Assembly (NCBI GenBank): GCA_013239625.1
Contig: MU053758.1
Span: 1,488,001 to 1,552,000 of the forward strand
Source: Lama guanicoe
Lineage: Eukaryota
DNA: 64,000 nt
Reading direction: 5' to 3'
Shown here: in pieces, positions 22,679 through 32,834 of the stretch
Position numbering within the stretch: the first letter of the stretch is position 1
Layout of the letters: each line of letters opens with the position of its first letter
Notes under the pieces: generated by a model
The model's input: only the letters and a program-made list of their open reading frames with translations
The model's database searches: none
What the model was told of the DNA's origin: nothing
Made by a program: the position numbers and the translations under genes

Positions 22679-25600
22679 TTACTCCCAGTCCCAAGGATAG
22701 ACAGTTGGAAAGCTGAGTTCTTCGTGTTGAGCTTTAGAAGCTGCTTCTCCTTGGTCTTTAATTAAGGAGGAAGACTTCTGAGTCTCAGCTTCTTGGACAC
22801 TTGGCTCTGGGACTAAGCTGGTCCTTGGCCCAAGTTCTGAAGGTACTTGGAGTTCTTTGACACCTTCCAGAGTGAAAGTACCAGTTGGTTTGCTGACTTC
22901 AGGGCAGGGGCTTTTGCTTTGTGGAAGGAGGTCACCCGGAGGTCTGTGGACTAAAAGGCATGGTGGGTTCTCAGGTGCTGCAGGGAAAAGTATTTCTGAC
23001 CGAGTTGCTGTTAAAGCCAGGAGGCCAGGTTCCTCAGATGGGGCTGCAGTTCCCTCCCAAAGACAGATGTCAATGTCTGCCATGGTCCCCTTTATTTTAT
23101 TTCCTTCTGGATCTGTGACTTCCCATTGACACAGCTCTGCCATCCTGCTCCCCACACTGCGTGCTCCGTAGGGGCTGACTTCGGCTTGGTCCGTGTCAGG
23201 AGCATCTGGCTGCGGGGAGAGCCTGCTCTCTGCTGTTTCCTGCTCTCTGCTGACTTTTGCTGCTGCTTTTGAAAAGTGTTCTTCAGTCCCTCCAGATCCT
23301 GCCTGTGGAAGGAACATGTCTCCTTGCCCTTGGGATTCTCTGTCCACCTCTTGTCCCAGTCGCTCTTTCTCTGCTGCTTCTTGACTTACCTCCCCAGGGC
23401 GGATTTCTGTTTTCTTATCAGATGGAGTCTCTTCTGCTTCCCATGGACACATTTCTGCTCCCCTGGCCCCAACACTGTCTGCTGCCTCAGAACTGCCTTT
23501 GCTCCCATCAGAAGCTTGTGGGGCTGGTTGTGGAGACAGATTCCCACCATCTTGACTCTCCTGGAGACACACAGCCTCCGGCTTCCCATCTGCCCTCTCT
23601 GGCTTTTTCTGAATCGCTGCAGCACTGGGCTCTGGTTTTCCTAGGGCTTTCCCCTTCTCCTCTCCAGGCTCCCCGTCTCCATCCTGTCTTGACACCCCTT
23701 CCTCAGGAATTCTTTCAGTCACCTCCCAGGAATAAGTCTCAGCTTTGGTATTGCTGTCAGGCTTGAGAGTGTCCGAGGCAGGAGCATCGCATGGGCAGAC
23801 CTCAGCCAGCCTGCCCTCAACACTGGGCAGCATCTGCGGGCTGGCTTTAGGTTGGTCAGGGCACTGACTGTCTAGGTGGGAGACAGAGCCCGCCATGGCC
23901 ATGGTCTCCTGTAGATAGATCCGTTGTAGCTCGCTGCTTGCTCTTTCCTCATCTTCAGCAGTGAACTCTCCTGTTTTTGAAGGTGGAGTTTTTTCTGGGG
24001 TTATGTGTTCTGGGAAGGAAACCGTCTTTAGGTCTTGTGCCACGTCCCCTTTCTCTGCTGCCTCATGGCTCACTTCCAAGGAGTGCCCCTCTGCCACTCT
24101 GCTACTCCTGCTGCTGGACAAGTCCGGGACCTCAGGGGCCTGAGCAGAGGGTGCCCTCAAGTCCTTCTCCCAAGGACAAAGAGCTTCCTGCTCTTGACTC
24201 AGTTTTGTCTCCCATTTTGATATGTCTTCTCCCAGGGAGGTGAGTCTCCCCTTTTCTGGAGTTTTCTCCCTCTGCCCTGCTGAGTCAATCCCCATGTCTT
24301 GTTCCAATCCATTCCTAGTGTCTCCTTCATTCACCTCCCAGGGACAGATTTTGGCTTTTTTACTGGTAGACACTTCCTCCGCTTCCCAGGGACACACCTC
24401 ATCTGACCTGCACCCGACACGGTCCAGTCCCTGGAACCCAGCTTTTGGTCTGTCAGTGCTCAGAATGTCTGAATGCTGAGAGGAGCCCCCTAGATCCAGG
24501 CTTTCCCAGGGACAGGCTGCCTCCCGCTTCTGGGCAGGGCCCTCTGGCTTCTTTGAATCAGTAACTGCTCTCTTGCCAGGTCCAGAATCTGCGGAAGCCT
24601 TTCCTGTATCATTTGGAAGTTGCCTAATGGCCGCAACCCCCAAAGCCTTTTCCTCCCCTGCTCCAGCACTCACCGCCCAGGGACAGATCTCTGCCTTCCC
24701 AGCAGGCAGGGTTTCCTCTGCGTCCCATGGACAGATCTCAGCAGTTTTGCTTCCCGCACTGCCTGAGGTCTGCAAACTGGTTTTGGGTCTGTCTGTGTCT
24801 CGAGGACCAGGCTGTGAGGAGGAGCTGCCGGGGTCCACACTCTCCCAGGGGCAGACTGCTTCCTGCTTTTGGAGCCGTCCCTCAGGCTTTTCCCAAGTTG
24901 TGGGATCTTTGATTCCTGATGTTCCAGGCATCTCCTCCTTGTCCTTTTGAGATTCTCTTCCTTTTGGTGCCTGTCCCAATGTCCAGTCCTCTGTTGTTCT
25001 TTCACTCACCTCCCAGGGACAGATTTCTGCCTTGGCAGGTGTTGTTTCATTTACCTCTGACCTGAGATCTTCCTGCGGACATACCTGCGCTGCTCTGCTT
25101 CCTCCGCTGCTGGGGAGTTGGCCTCCGGCTTTTGATGAGGAATTGTCTAGACACGGGCTGGAGTGCCCAGGGGCTGTGCTGTCCCAGGGACACACTGACT
25201 CCTGCTGTTGACTAAATGTCTGCACTGCTTTCCCAGTTTGTTCCCTCCTCTCTCCAAAGCTCCCTTTTCTGGAGGTTTTTCCCTTTTCCTGGAGAGATTC
25301 TCCACCTGTCCCCTGACTCAGCATGTCCCTCCCCATCACCTCATCACTCAACTCCCAGGGACAGAGCTCTGCTTTCCCGACGACAGCGGGAGCTGCTCCT
25401 GCCTCCCATGGACACACCTCAGTGACGCTGCTGCCCAAACTCCCCAAACTCCCGGGGGGTCCTGGGGCCTGAGTAGACATTGCTGAGGGGCCACGGAAAT
25501 CTGTCCTCTCCCACTGACAGAGAGACTCCAAGCCTTCACCCAGTTTCTGTTCTCTCCAGAAGGCTGCTTTCTTGGGAGTTTTCTGCTTTTCCTGGGGTAG

Positions 25601-27799
25601 CTTTTTTTCCCCCTCCTGGGACGGTTTCTTATTCTCTCCTCCTTCACTTGCCTCCCAGGGACAGAGCTCTGTCCTGGCAATGTCGAATGTACAAGCTCCC
25701 GGGCCAGCAGCTTCCCCCTGAGGCATCTCCATCTCTCGAGGCTCCCCAGTTCCCACTGCCTCAGACCTGCCCTTGGTTCTGTCAGAGTCCTGAGGGGCTG
25801 AGTGAGGGGACAGGCCCCCGGGATCAGCACTCTCCCAGGGACACACTGCCTCCTGCCCCCTGACCAGCCTCTCTGGCTTTTTCCGAGCAACAGCAACCAC
25901 ATCTTTGGACTCTGGTTTTTCTGAGGCTTTCCCTCTCTCTTTCTGGGAGTCATCTAGATCTTGCCTCAATGCCCCCTCCTCAGGAACTCCTTCACTCACC
26001 TCCCAGGGGCAGATTTCGGCCTTGTTGCTACTGTCAGGCTGACACGTTTCTGACTCGGTGACTTCCCAGGGGCATACCTGTGTCAGCCTATGGTCAGCAC
26101 TGCCCAGGGGCTGGAGGCCGGCTTTGGGCAGTTCCCGCCACCCCACAGGGGCTTCTTTTGCTTGCTTAGCATTTTTGTCCCCAACTGTGCTCTGCCTGAC
26201 TTGCCTCAGTGTGGCAGTTCCTGTTTTACCTGCTCTCTCGAGCCTCCCGTCCCCTAGACTCCGGGACGCCCTCCTGCCTCTGTCTTCTTGTTCCCTGCTG
26301 CCCTCCTGGTGACAGACCTGGAGTATTCTGCTGGTGTGAGCATTCTGTTGGTTCTGGAGGGACTCCTCATCATCACAGGGGGTGAGCGCGGCCTGCTTAC
26401 TCACTGCCTTGGGCCGGCCTGGCCTGGGAGATCTGGGGCACACCCGCACACCCTCCCCTGAAGCTCGGCCCTTCTCCTCCTTCTCAGGACTCCCTTCCCC
26501 ACTCTCCTTCTCACTGTATGTGCTCCGAGAACGGGTCAGAGCTTTGATAGCCAGTCCCAGACTGCGCATGGAACCCTGCTGAACAGGGGTCTTGAGGCTG
26601 TGAGATTTAGATAAGATCTTGGGCCTGTTGTCATCCACGTCATCAGCTTCCCCCTGGAGATGCCCTTCCTCTGTGTCCATCCCATTCTCCCCGGCCCCCC
26701 TTTTCTCTACTGCCACAGAGAGGGCCCTCCAGAGCCTGGCCCGAGCTGGGGCAGGGGAGTGGTTGCCTCCCTGGGGCCCCAAGGGGCTTTCTTGAGCCAC
26801 ATTTTCTTTCTTCACTGGCAGTTCTGCATTCTCCCAAGGGCAGATGAAGGTGAGTAGGCTGGGGCTTTGTGGGGGTACTGGGACAGGTGCCAGGGCAGGA
26901 GGCGGGGCCAGAGCTGGTATCAGAGCTGGAGCCAAGGTGGAGGTGGGAGACAGCATCCCTGGCTCCCCCAGGCCAGCCCCAGATAGGCCCATGATGGGTG
27001 TGGAGACCTGGTGCCGGATGGGCGGGTGGGGCAGCCTTCTAGCAGCCTCCTCATGCAGCTTTCCAGAGGCTTGGGAGCTGTCCAGGCTGCTGCTCTTGGC
27101 TGGGGAAGGTGGGGCCGACAGGGGGGCCGCCTGCGCTCTCTCCGGCCTCCTGGCCGACAGTCTCCGTGCCGGGCTCGCCAAGGCCGCCTCTGCCTTCCTT
27201 CTCTCCTCCCGCTCCCTCGCCTGCCGGTAGGTCTCCTCCAGGTAGGCCTGGCTGGCCACGAGCAGGGCCTTTTCCCTGGAGCCAGCCACGACGCTGAGCG
27301 ACTTGTGCAGGGAGGCAGGCCGGGCCCGGGGGAGCCGCTCTCCCACCGTCAGGTTGTGGGCGCTGGCCGACCTGAAGCCCAGCGCCGGCGGCCCCGCTGC
27401 CGCCGACTCCTGGCTGTCTGATCGCGGGCCCTTCCTGGCCAGCTTCCTCCTCAGCAGTGAGTCGAAGACTGGGGGGTCCTGCTCCCCACGGGAATTGCGG
27501 TCCTGCTCGCAGATGCTGCGGGCCTTGCGCAGGCCCGGCGGCCCGGTGGGCTCCTCCTGGAGGCTGGTGCTGAGCAGCCGGCGGCGGGAGGAGCCGGGCA
27601 GGCTGCTGCGGCCCTGGGAGCCCGAGTCCCGGGAGTGCTGGCGGGCCAGGGCCTCGGGGAACTCTGCCAGGTACTTCATGAAGGAGCGGCCCAGGCCCTG
27701 GCGCCAGCTGGCCCGCTTCTTGGGCAGGTGGGGGTTGTTAGCGGCCATTTCCTTGGTCTTGTGGACCTCGAGCTGGGCGTAGAGTTTCTTTAGCTCATC
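22679..27799 (-). CDS. GPR179: GPR179 coding exon 11 (terminal; cytoplasmic tail with CPW repeats)
   Basis: acceptor ctgccccag|GAT; DELKKLYAQLEVHKTKEMAANNPHLPKKR...; 1706 open codons to TAA. Confidence 0.96.
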   Translation of the reverse strand, partial: DELKKLYAQLEVHKTKEMAANNPHLPKKRASWRQGLGRSFMKYLAEFPEALARQHSRDSGSQGRSSLPGSSRRRLLSTSLQEEPTGPPGLRKARSICEQDRNSRGEQDPPVFDSLLRRKLARKGPRSDSQESAAAGPPALGFRSASAHNLTVGERLPRARPASLHKSLSVVAGSREKALLVASQAYLEETYRQAREREERRKAEAALASPARRLSARRPERAQAAPLSAPPSPAKSSSLDSSQASGKLHEEAARRLPHPPIRHQVSTPIMGLSGAGLGEPGMLSPTSTLAPALIPALAPPPALAPVPVPPQSPSLLTFICPWENAELPVKKENVAQESPLGPQGGNHSPAPARARLWRALSVAVEKRGAGENGMDTEEGHLQGEADDVDDNRPKILSKSHSLKTPVQQGSMRSLGLAIKALTRSRSTYSEKESGEGSPEKEEKGRASGEGVRVCPRSPRPGRPKAVSKQAALTPCDDEESLQNQQNAHTSRILQVCHQEGSREQEDRGRRASRSLGDGRLERAGKTGTATLRQVRQSTVGDKNAKQAKEAPVGWRELPKAGLQPLGSADHRLTQVCPWEVTESETCQPDSSNKAEICPWEVSEGVPEEGALRQDLDDSQKERGKASEKPESKDVVAVARKKPERLVRGQEAVCPWESADPGGLSPHSAPQDSDRTKGRSEAVGTGEPREMEMPQGEAAGPGACTFDIARTELCPWEASEGGENKKPSQEGEKKLPQEKQKTPKKAAFWREQKLGEGLESLCQWERTDFRGPSAMSTQAPGPPGSLGSLGSSVTEVCPWEAGAAPAVVGKAELCPWELSDEVMGRDMLSQGTGGESLQEKGKTSRKGSFGERREQTGKAVQTFSQQQESVCPWDSTAPGHSSPCLDNSSSKAGGQLPSSGGSRAAQVCPQEDLRSEVNETTPAKAEICPWEVSERTTEDWTLGQAPKGRESQKDKEEMPGTSGIKDPTTWEKPEGRLQKQEAVCPWESVDPGSSSSQPGPRDTDRPKTSLQTSGSAGSKTAEICPWDAEETLPAGKAEICPWAVSAGAGEEKALGVAAIRQLPNDTGKASADSGPGKRAVTDSKKPEGPAQKREAACPWESLDLGGSSQHSDILSTDRPKAGFQGLDRVGCRSDEVCPWEAEEVSTSKKAKICPWEVNEGDTRNGLEQDMGIDSAGQREKTPEKGRLTSLGEDISKWETKLSQEQEALCPWEKDLRAPSAQAPEVPDLSSSRSSRVAEGHSLEVSHEAAEKGDVAQDLKTVSFPEHITPEKTPPSKTGEFTAEDEERASSELQRIYLQETMAMAGSVSHLDSQCPDQPKASPQMLPSVEGRLAEVCPCDAPASDTLKPDSNTKAETYSWEVTERIPEEGVSRQDGDGEPGEEKGKALGKPEPSAAAIQKKPERADGKPEAVCLQESQDGGNLSPQPAPQASDGSKGSSEAADSVGARGAEMCPWEAEETPSDKKTEIRPGEVSQEAAEKERLGQEVDRESQGQGDMFLPQAGSGGTEEHFSKAAAKVSREQETAESRLSPQPDAPDTDQAEVSPYGARSVGSRMAELCQWEVTDPEGNKIKGTMADIDICLWEGTAAPSEEPGLLALTATRSEILFPAAPENPPCLLVHRPPGDLLPQSKSPCPEVSKPTGTFTLEGVKELQVPSELGPRTSLVPEPSVQEAETQKSSSLIKDQGEAASKAQHEELSFPTVYPWDWE
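27100..27790. other. Intragenic CpG island over the 5' part of GPR179 exon 11
   Basis: Visibly very high GC and CpG density compared with the rest of the same exon. Confidence 0.7.
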
Positions 27800-27951
27800 C
27801 TGGGGCAGGGAGGAGAGGGCAGGGCAGAGCTGATGGTGAGAGCTAAGCCTCTCCATCCCCTGGCTGTGCTGTTCTTCCCCTCCACCCTTGTTTAGACCAT
27901 TTTCTCAGGGGGATCTCTTTACCCACCAAGCCGTGTCCCTTCCCTGCTTTT

Positions 27952-28102
27952 TTTTTTAAAAATTATTTATTTTTTATTTTATTTTGGTGGGAGAGGGGAG
28001 GTAATTAGGTTTGTTTATTTTTAGTGGAGGTACTGGGGATTGAACCCAAGACCTTGTGCATGCTAAACACATGTTCTATCACTTGAGCTATACCCTCCCC
28101 CC
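27952..28102 (-). mobile_element. tRNA-Ala-derived SINE (Vic-1-like), copy 4
   Basis: Family head and tail; 14-bp TSD ccttccctgctttt at 27938-27951 and 28103-28116. Confidence 0.88.
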
Positions 28103-28246
28103 TCCTTCCCTGCTTTTAAAACTCTCAGAATTCACCTCTCCATTCCTGTAGGCCCAGCACCAACCTAGTTGCAAGCCAGACCCACTCATCTCTGAGGATG
28201 CAGCATACACTGCCTTCTCTGTGGTCTGGTGCAAAGTCATCAGCTT

Positions 28247-28700
28247 GGCAGGGCAGGCACAGCTCAGGGGTTTAGAAGGACACAGGGGAAGACAGGAAAC
28301 CTGGGTTTGAGGCTGCTGACCCACCATGTGCCTCGAGGCTTTTTTCTTGTTCTCTCTGAACTTCTATAAAGTAAGGAAAACTGGCTGCCTAGCATTCACT
28401 TTCTTAAGAGGATTATATGGTGGGAACAGACGGCATGAAGGCTGCCATTTTCAGGTGTAAGTGACGGAATGGGGCTTTGAAAGTCTTTTGTACTTTTGAT
28501 CTTTCCCCACAGCCAGCATAGGGAGAGTACATTGGCTGCTGCTCCCCAAACTGGAGGGTCAAGATGGCATCACCATGGCAACGCGCCTCCATCTCTGGCC
28601 TGCCTGCTGGATCATGGTCTCAGTTCAGCCTAACTCCAGGGGGCAGGCGGCAGGGTAGGCACAGCTCAGGGGTTTAGGAGGACACAGGGGAAGAGACAGG
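28247..28700. repeat. Pair of ~50-bp near-identical direct repeats (28247-28296 and 28649-28700)
   Basis: ggcagggcaggcacagctcaggggtttagaaggacacaggggaagacagg versus ggcagggtaggcacagctcaggggtttaggaggacacaggggaagagacagg. Confidence 0.9.
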
Positions 28701-29431
28701 CCTTTGAGACAAGGAAGGAATTAGGGGATGGAAACAAGTCAGGTGTGGAGGGGGCCCCAACAGAGGTGGAGGGATGGACAAAATGACTTCCTGGGATTGT
28801 TCCCACACCATAGGTTCTATAAAACAATGGGCTCTACCACCAGGTCTCCTTATTTCCTACCCACTGAGGTTCTCATTAGGGTTCCTGTGACTATAATGGT
28901 ATCCTTAAGCAGAAAAATAAGGTAAGGATGCTCTCCTGATGTAAGACTCAGGAAAAACTTCCTTTCTCTAAGACTGGTGGGGTCAGGGAAAGGGGATCCA
29001 GGTGTGAAAATCTCTCATAGCCTGACCCTGCCAGCCCCATCTGCCCTAGGGTCTAGCTGTCCTGGTGTGCTGGGGACCAAGAGCCTTCTTAGCCCACGCC
29101 TCATGATGCCCCTCCTGTGTGGGTGGGAATGGAGGACACAGAGCGTTGGTGCTCCACTCATGGTTCTGCCTTGAACTTGCCCAGTGGCCTGGGCCTCAGG
29201 AATCTCGGTTCTGGGGCTTTGGGGGTCTTTCCACTTGTGTGGCCTCCTTTGAATAGAGTCAGGGGAAGCAGCTTAGGGCAGTGGTGGAGAAGAGAGGGAG
29301 GCAGGTCTGAGAGAGAGGAAAAGCTAGGGGAAGGGAGGGGGCCTGCAGTGGCACAGCCCAGGGGCAGGGCAGCACTGCCCCTGCACAGTTCCTAAGCCAA
29401 CATCAAGAGGAGGAGGGAGGGCAGCACCTAC

Positions 29432-29578
29432 CCGGATGTCTCCAGGGTCCAGGCTGCGCTCGCTCCAGGCTGAGGCGATGCTGCTGTTTAGGTAGGAGCC
29501 TGAGCGCTGCAGGTCCAGCTCATCCTCATACACCTCATCCAAGATCTCCTCTCGGGGAGGAGCCCCCGGCTTCCGGAA
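29432..29578 (-). CDS. GPR179: GPR179 coding exon 10
   Basis: acceptor ctggccag|TTC; FRKPGAPPREEILDEVYEDELDL...SLDPGDIR; donor CGG|gtaggt. Confidence 0.94.
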
Positions 29579-30100
29579 CTGGCCAGGGTGGGCATGATTG
29601 GGAAAAAGACTCACCTTGGCTCCTTGCCCCAGGCATACATATTTACTCCATAAATCTTTACACCCCCCACCCTGATTTGGAATTCTAGGGGTCCAAGGAC
29701 TTTTGTTCCCTCTCGTCCTGATTTTCTCTAGTTCAGAGACTAGAGTTGGGGGGTTCTCAACTCCCTGTCCCCACAATTCCTAGCCATGTCTTTCAGCTCC
29801 CCCTCCTATCTTTCTGTAACTGCTTCCGAATTGATTTTCAGAGTCACCAACCTTCCAATTGTGTTGTTACAAGGACCACTCCCGGCTCTAGCTCTTATTT
29901 CCCTTGCTCAAGGATGGGAGAGAGAGAAACAGTAGCTTCCTTCCCCTATACTCCTAAGTGGGCTTCTTGCTTAGGGCCCACTCACCCCAGGGTGTCATTC
30001 TCACCCTGGCCTAGGGAGGGCACTGCAGTGACAGTAGATCCACATTGCCCCTGGCAAAGGGGTGGGGTCTGCCTCACCTTGAGGATGGAGAAGACCTCAC

Positions 30101-30206
30101 CTTAGGGATGAAGATCAGAGCCAGTGTGGTGGTGACCGTGCTGTGGGTGTGAAAGAAGAAGAGGAGGAGCGTCCAGTCTGGGTGCAGAGAGGGAACCAGC
30201 ACAAAC
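30101..30206 (-). CDS. GPR179: GPR179 coding exon 9 (TM7)
   Basis: acceptor accctcag|G; FVLVPSLHPDWTLLLFFFHTHSTVTTTLALIFIPK; donor AAG|gtgagg. Confidence 0.94.
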
Positions 30207-30816
30207 CTGAGGGTTGGTGAGGGGATCATTAGCTGTGGGTGGGAGTGGCCTCTTCCCTCTCACCTGTATCACTGGCTCTCCTCCCCAGCCCCAGCCCTAG
30301 CCCTGATTGCCTGGAGTGGAGTGAGGAGGGCACTCCTCCTTCTTCCTGCCCCCTCTAGGATGTAGGTCCCACCTCAGGGCTCATGTTAATTCCCCACCTC
30401 CAAGAAGCCCTCCCAGACTACTCCAGCTCGCCTTCTCTGGCTGCTTGTATAGCATATAACTGTTACGGACCACCCTGTTGGTTGTCTACCTTCACCACAG
30501 GGCCAGGTCCTTGTGGACTCTCATAGCAGGCCTGCTGCTGGGAGGGCTGAGGTATGAGAATGGAGCCTGTGTGGGGAGGAGGGTGGTGGGGTGTGGAGTG
30601 GGAGAGGAATTAGGAGTGGGGCGTGCTTCCTCTTCTCAGGTGTTGGGTGGGACATGGGGTACAAGAAGATCTGTGGGGTACAGGGAGAGCTGCGGGGGGC
30701 CTTCCTCACCTGGCTGAGGTGCAGCAGGTGCTGCAAGGAGGACTGTGGGATGGCAGTGCCCTCACCTGGGTGGCATTAGGGTCGGAGGAGTTGTGGGTAG
30801 GAGGGCCTGTCCTCAC

Positions 30817-30955
30817 CTGGCTGCGTGGAAGGCAGCAGAAAGCAGCAGCTCATTGTGCAGGGCGATGCCCAGGTACCGCGGCTCGTGGAAGGCTGAGGGG
30901 ACAGCCCGGGTGGCATAGCAGAGGAAGCTGCCCCAGCACAGGAGCAGCATCTCGG
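30817..30955 (-). CDS. GPR179: GPR179 coding exon 8 (TM5-TM6)
   Basis: acceptor ctccacag|CC; EMLLLCWGSFLCYATRAVPSAFHEPRYLGIALHNE; donor CAG|gtgagg. Confidence 0.94.
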
Positions 30956-31124
30956 CTGTGGAGGAATCAGGAGGGTCAGAGCTGGGCACCACCTCAGCAG
31001 CCATGCCACTGCTTTCTCTGTAGGCTGTGCCAGGGAGGGGAGGGGGAGCCAGGGCCAGCGATCTGGGTCCAGGGCAGGGGGACCCCTGGAGGTACAGAGC
31101 CGGGGATCAGCTGAAGCAACTCAC

Positions 31125-31363
31125 CCACAACCATGATGTAGTCCCAGCGGTCATGGTGGCAGAGGTAGAAGTGGCGGCCCGTGGGAGTGTGGCCTCGGGT
31201 CACCAGAGGTGTGTGCTGAATGCCCTGCTCCAGGACCCCCGCCGTCCACACAGCCAGGAAGCCCAGCACGAGCAGCAGGAGCAGCCCCAGACGCCGCAGC
31301 AGCCGCCCGCTGCTCAGGTGGGGGCCCCGCTGGGCCGACCGAGACAGAAACAGCTGGAGCACT
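31125..31363 (-). CDS. GPR179: GPR179 coding exon 7 (ICL2-TM4-ECL2)
   Basis: acceptor ccttgtag|A; VLQLFLSRSAQR...FYLCHHDRWDYIMVV; donor TGG|gtgagt. Confidence 0.94.
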
Positions 31364-31645
31364 CTACAAGGGTTAGAGTGTGGGCGCTGGGTGCATCCAT
31401 CGCTTCCTGTCCATCACTTCCCTCCCCTCCACACATACCTGTCCTCCCATCCCTCCCCTGGTTCACTGCCTCCTCTTACCCCCAAAACAGTTACATAGAG
31501 GGGAGGCCATAGTGCTGGGGCCGGGCCTTGGGGGCACAGAGGAGTAAGGCTCACAGGGGTCTGGCTGTGAAGAACTACATTCCATAAATGAGCTGGGGTG
31601 GCCTGGAGTGAGCAGCGTCAGAGCAAGGTATGCCCCAGACCCTAC

Positions 31646-31755
31646 CTATGAAGCTTGAGTATAACGGTGCCGTAGACAATGGCAAAACCCAGCAGCCGGA
31701 CCCAGCGGAGAGCAATGCAGCGGAATACACTGGGCTTGAAGTACAGGATGAAGAC
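31646..31755 (-). CDS. GPR179: GPR179 coding exon 6 (TM3)
   Basis: acceptor cccaccag|GTC; VFILYFKPSVFRCIALRWVRLLGFAIVYGTVILKLH; donor TAG|gtaggg. Confidence 0.94.
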
Positions 31756-31789
31756 CTGGTGGGGAGGGGGCAAAAACAGCTGCTCTCTA

Positions 31790-31980
31790 CTGCACTTCCA
31801 CTATGCGCCAGGCCTATGCTAAGCACATTGCCGATCCTCCTAACAGCTTTGTCATAGAGGCATCATCGCCTCCACTGTGCAAAGGAGGAGCTTAAGTATC
31901 AGAGAGGTTAGGTAACTTGTCCTAAGTCACACAGCGAGTCATAGAGCTCTTTTAAGCCTGGAGTGTTTGGCTCCAGAGCT
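31790..31980 (-). mobile_element. MIR SINE fragment (approximate bounds)
   Basis: cagagaggttaggtaacttgtcctaagtcacacagc MIR core. Confidence 0.6.
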
Positions 31981-32141
31981 CACTAGGCTGGCCTGTCATT
32001 TGTGGATATGAGTAGGGGGATTTTGAGGTCTCTGAATCTACCCAACAGGGCAGAGAAGAAGGATTCTGGGGTTTGGAGGGTGCCAGGTTGGGACTGTGGA
32101 GGATCCTGGGAGGTGGAATCAGCCTCTGGCCACAAACTCAC

Positions 32142-32210
32142 AGGGAAGTAGAGCAGCAGGGATCCAAAAAGGATGGCTTCCAGCAGTACAACCCCAGATG
32201 CCCGGATCCT
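32142..32210 (-). CDS. GPR179: GPR179 coding exon 5 (TM2)
   Basis: acceptor gttcacag|AGG; RIRASGVVLLEAILFGSLLLYFP; donor CCT|gtgagt. Confidence 0.94.
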
Positions 32211-32834
32211 CTGTGAACCCAGGAAAGAGAGAGGCATGTAAACAGGGCAGCAAGAGGACAGAGCCTGCATGATGGTGCAGGAGGGTCTCAGGCCTGTTGG
32301 AGGGGTCACACTGTGGCCCTGGGCTAAAGCTTCACCCTGTAACATTAACTCTGCCCTCTCCATCCACAGCTACTCCGACCATGGGCTGGCTCTTAGCTCC
32401 ATTGGCACTAGGCCTGGCTAAGTCCAAGGTTTCCCACAGCCCCTACCACCCCAGCCCCATGCTCCTCCCAATCCTGGGCCTTGCTGCAGATCTGGGCTAG
32501 AATCAGAGATTGCTAGAAACAGAAGAGATCTCATGCTTTCCTCCCAGCTTTGGGTCCAACTGCTTCCTTGTCTAGATATTCCTTTCTCTGTCAGTTGACC
32601 TTTAAGCATGGCTCTAATGTCACATTCTCCAGTAAGTCTTACCACACCATCTCAGGCAGGATACTCGGTTTCCTCTCTGAACTACCGCTGCAACTGACAC
32701 CTCCATCCTTACCCCTATCTTGCTGCTCTGTCCTTTCATTTACATGTCTGCTTCCCCTATTCAGCTGGGAACTCCATGAGGGTCCAGATCACTTCCCCTA
32801 GTGCCTTCACAGTATTCTGAATCAAGTCCAATGC

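Noticed and set aside
23050..26100. Regularly spaced tcccagggacagat-like DNA repeats as a CRISPR-like or satellite array
   Set aside because: They are the codons of the CPW protein motifs in a eukaryotic exon, with variable spacing and no cas genes
22857..27782. Many plus-strand and alternative-frame ORFs over GPR179 exon 11
   Set aside because: Shadow ORFs of a long GC-rich repetitive coding exon
27800..27856. 1725-aa ORF as a stand-alone gene starting MERLSSHH
   Set aside because: The first 19 codons are intron 10 sequence including the pyrimidine tract; the ORF is GPR179 exon 11
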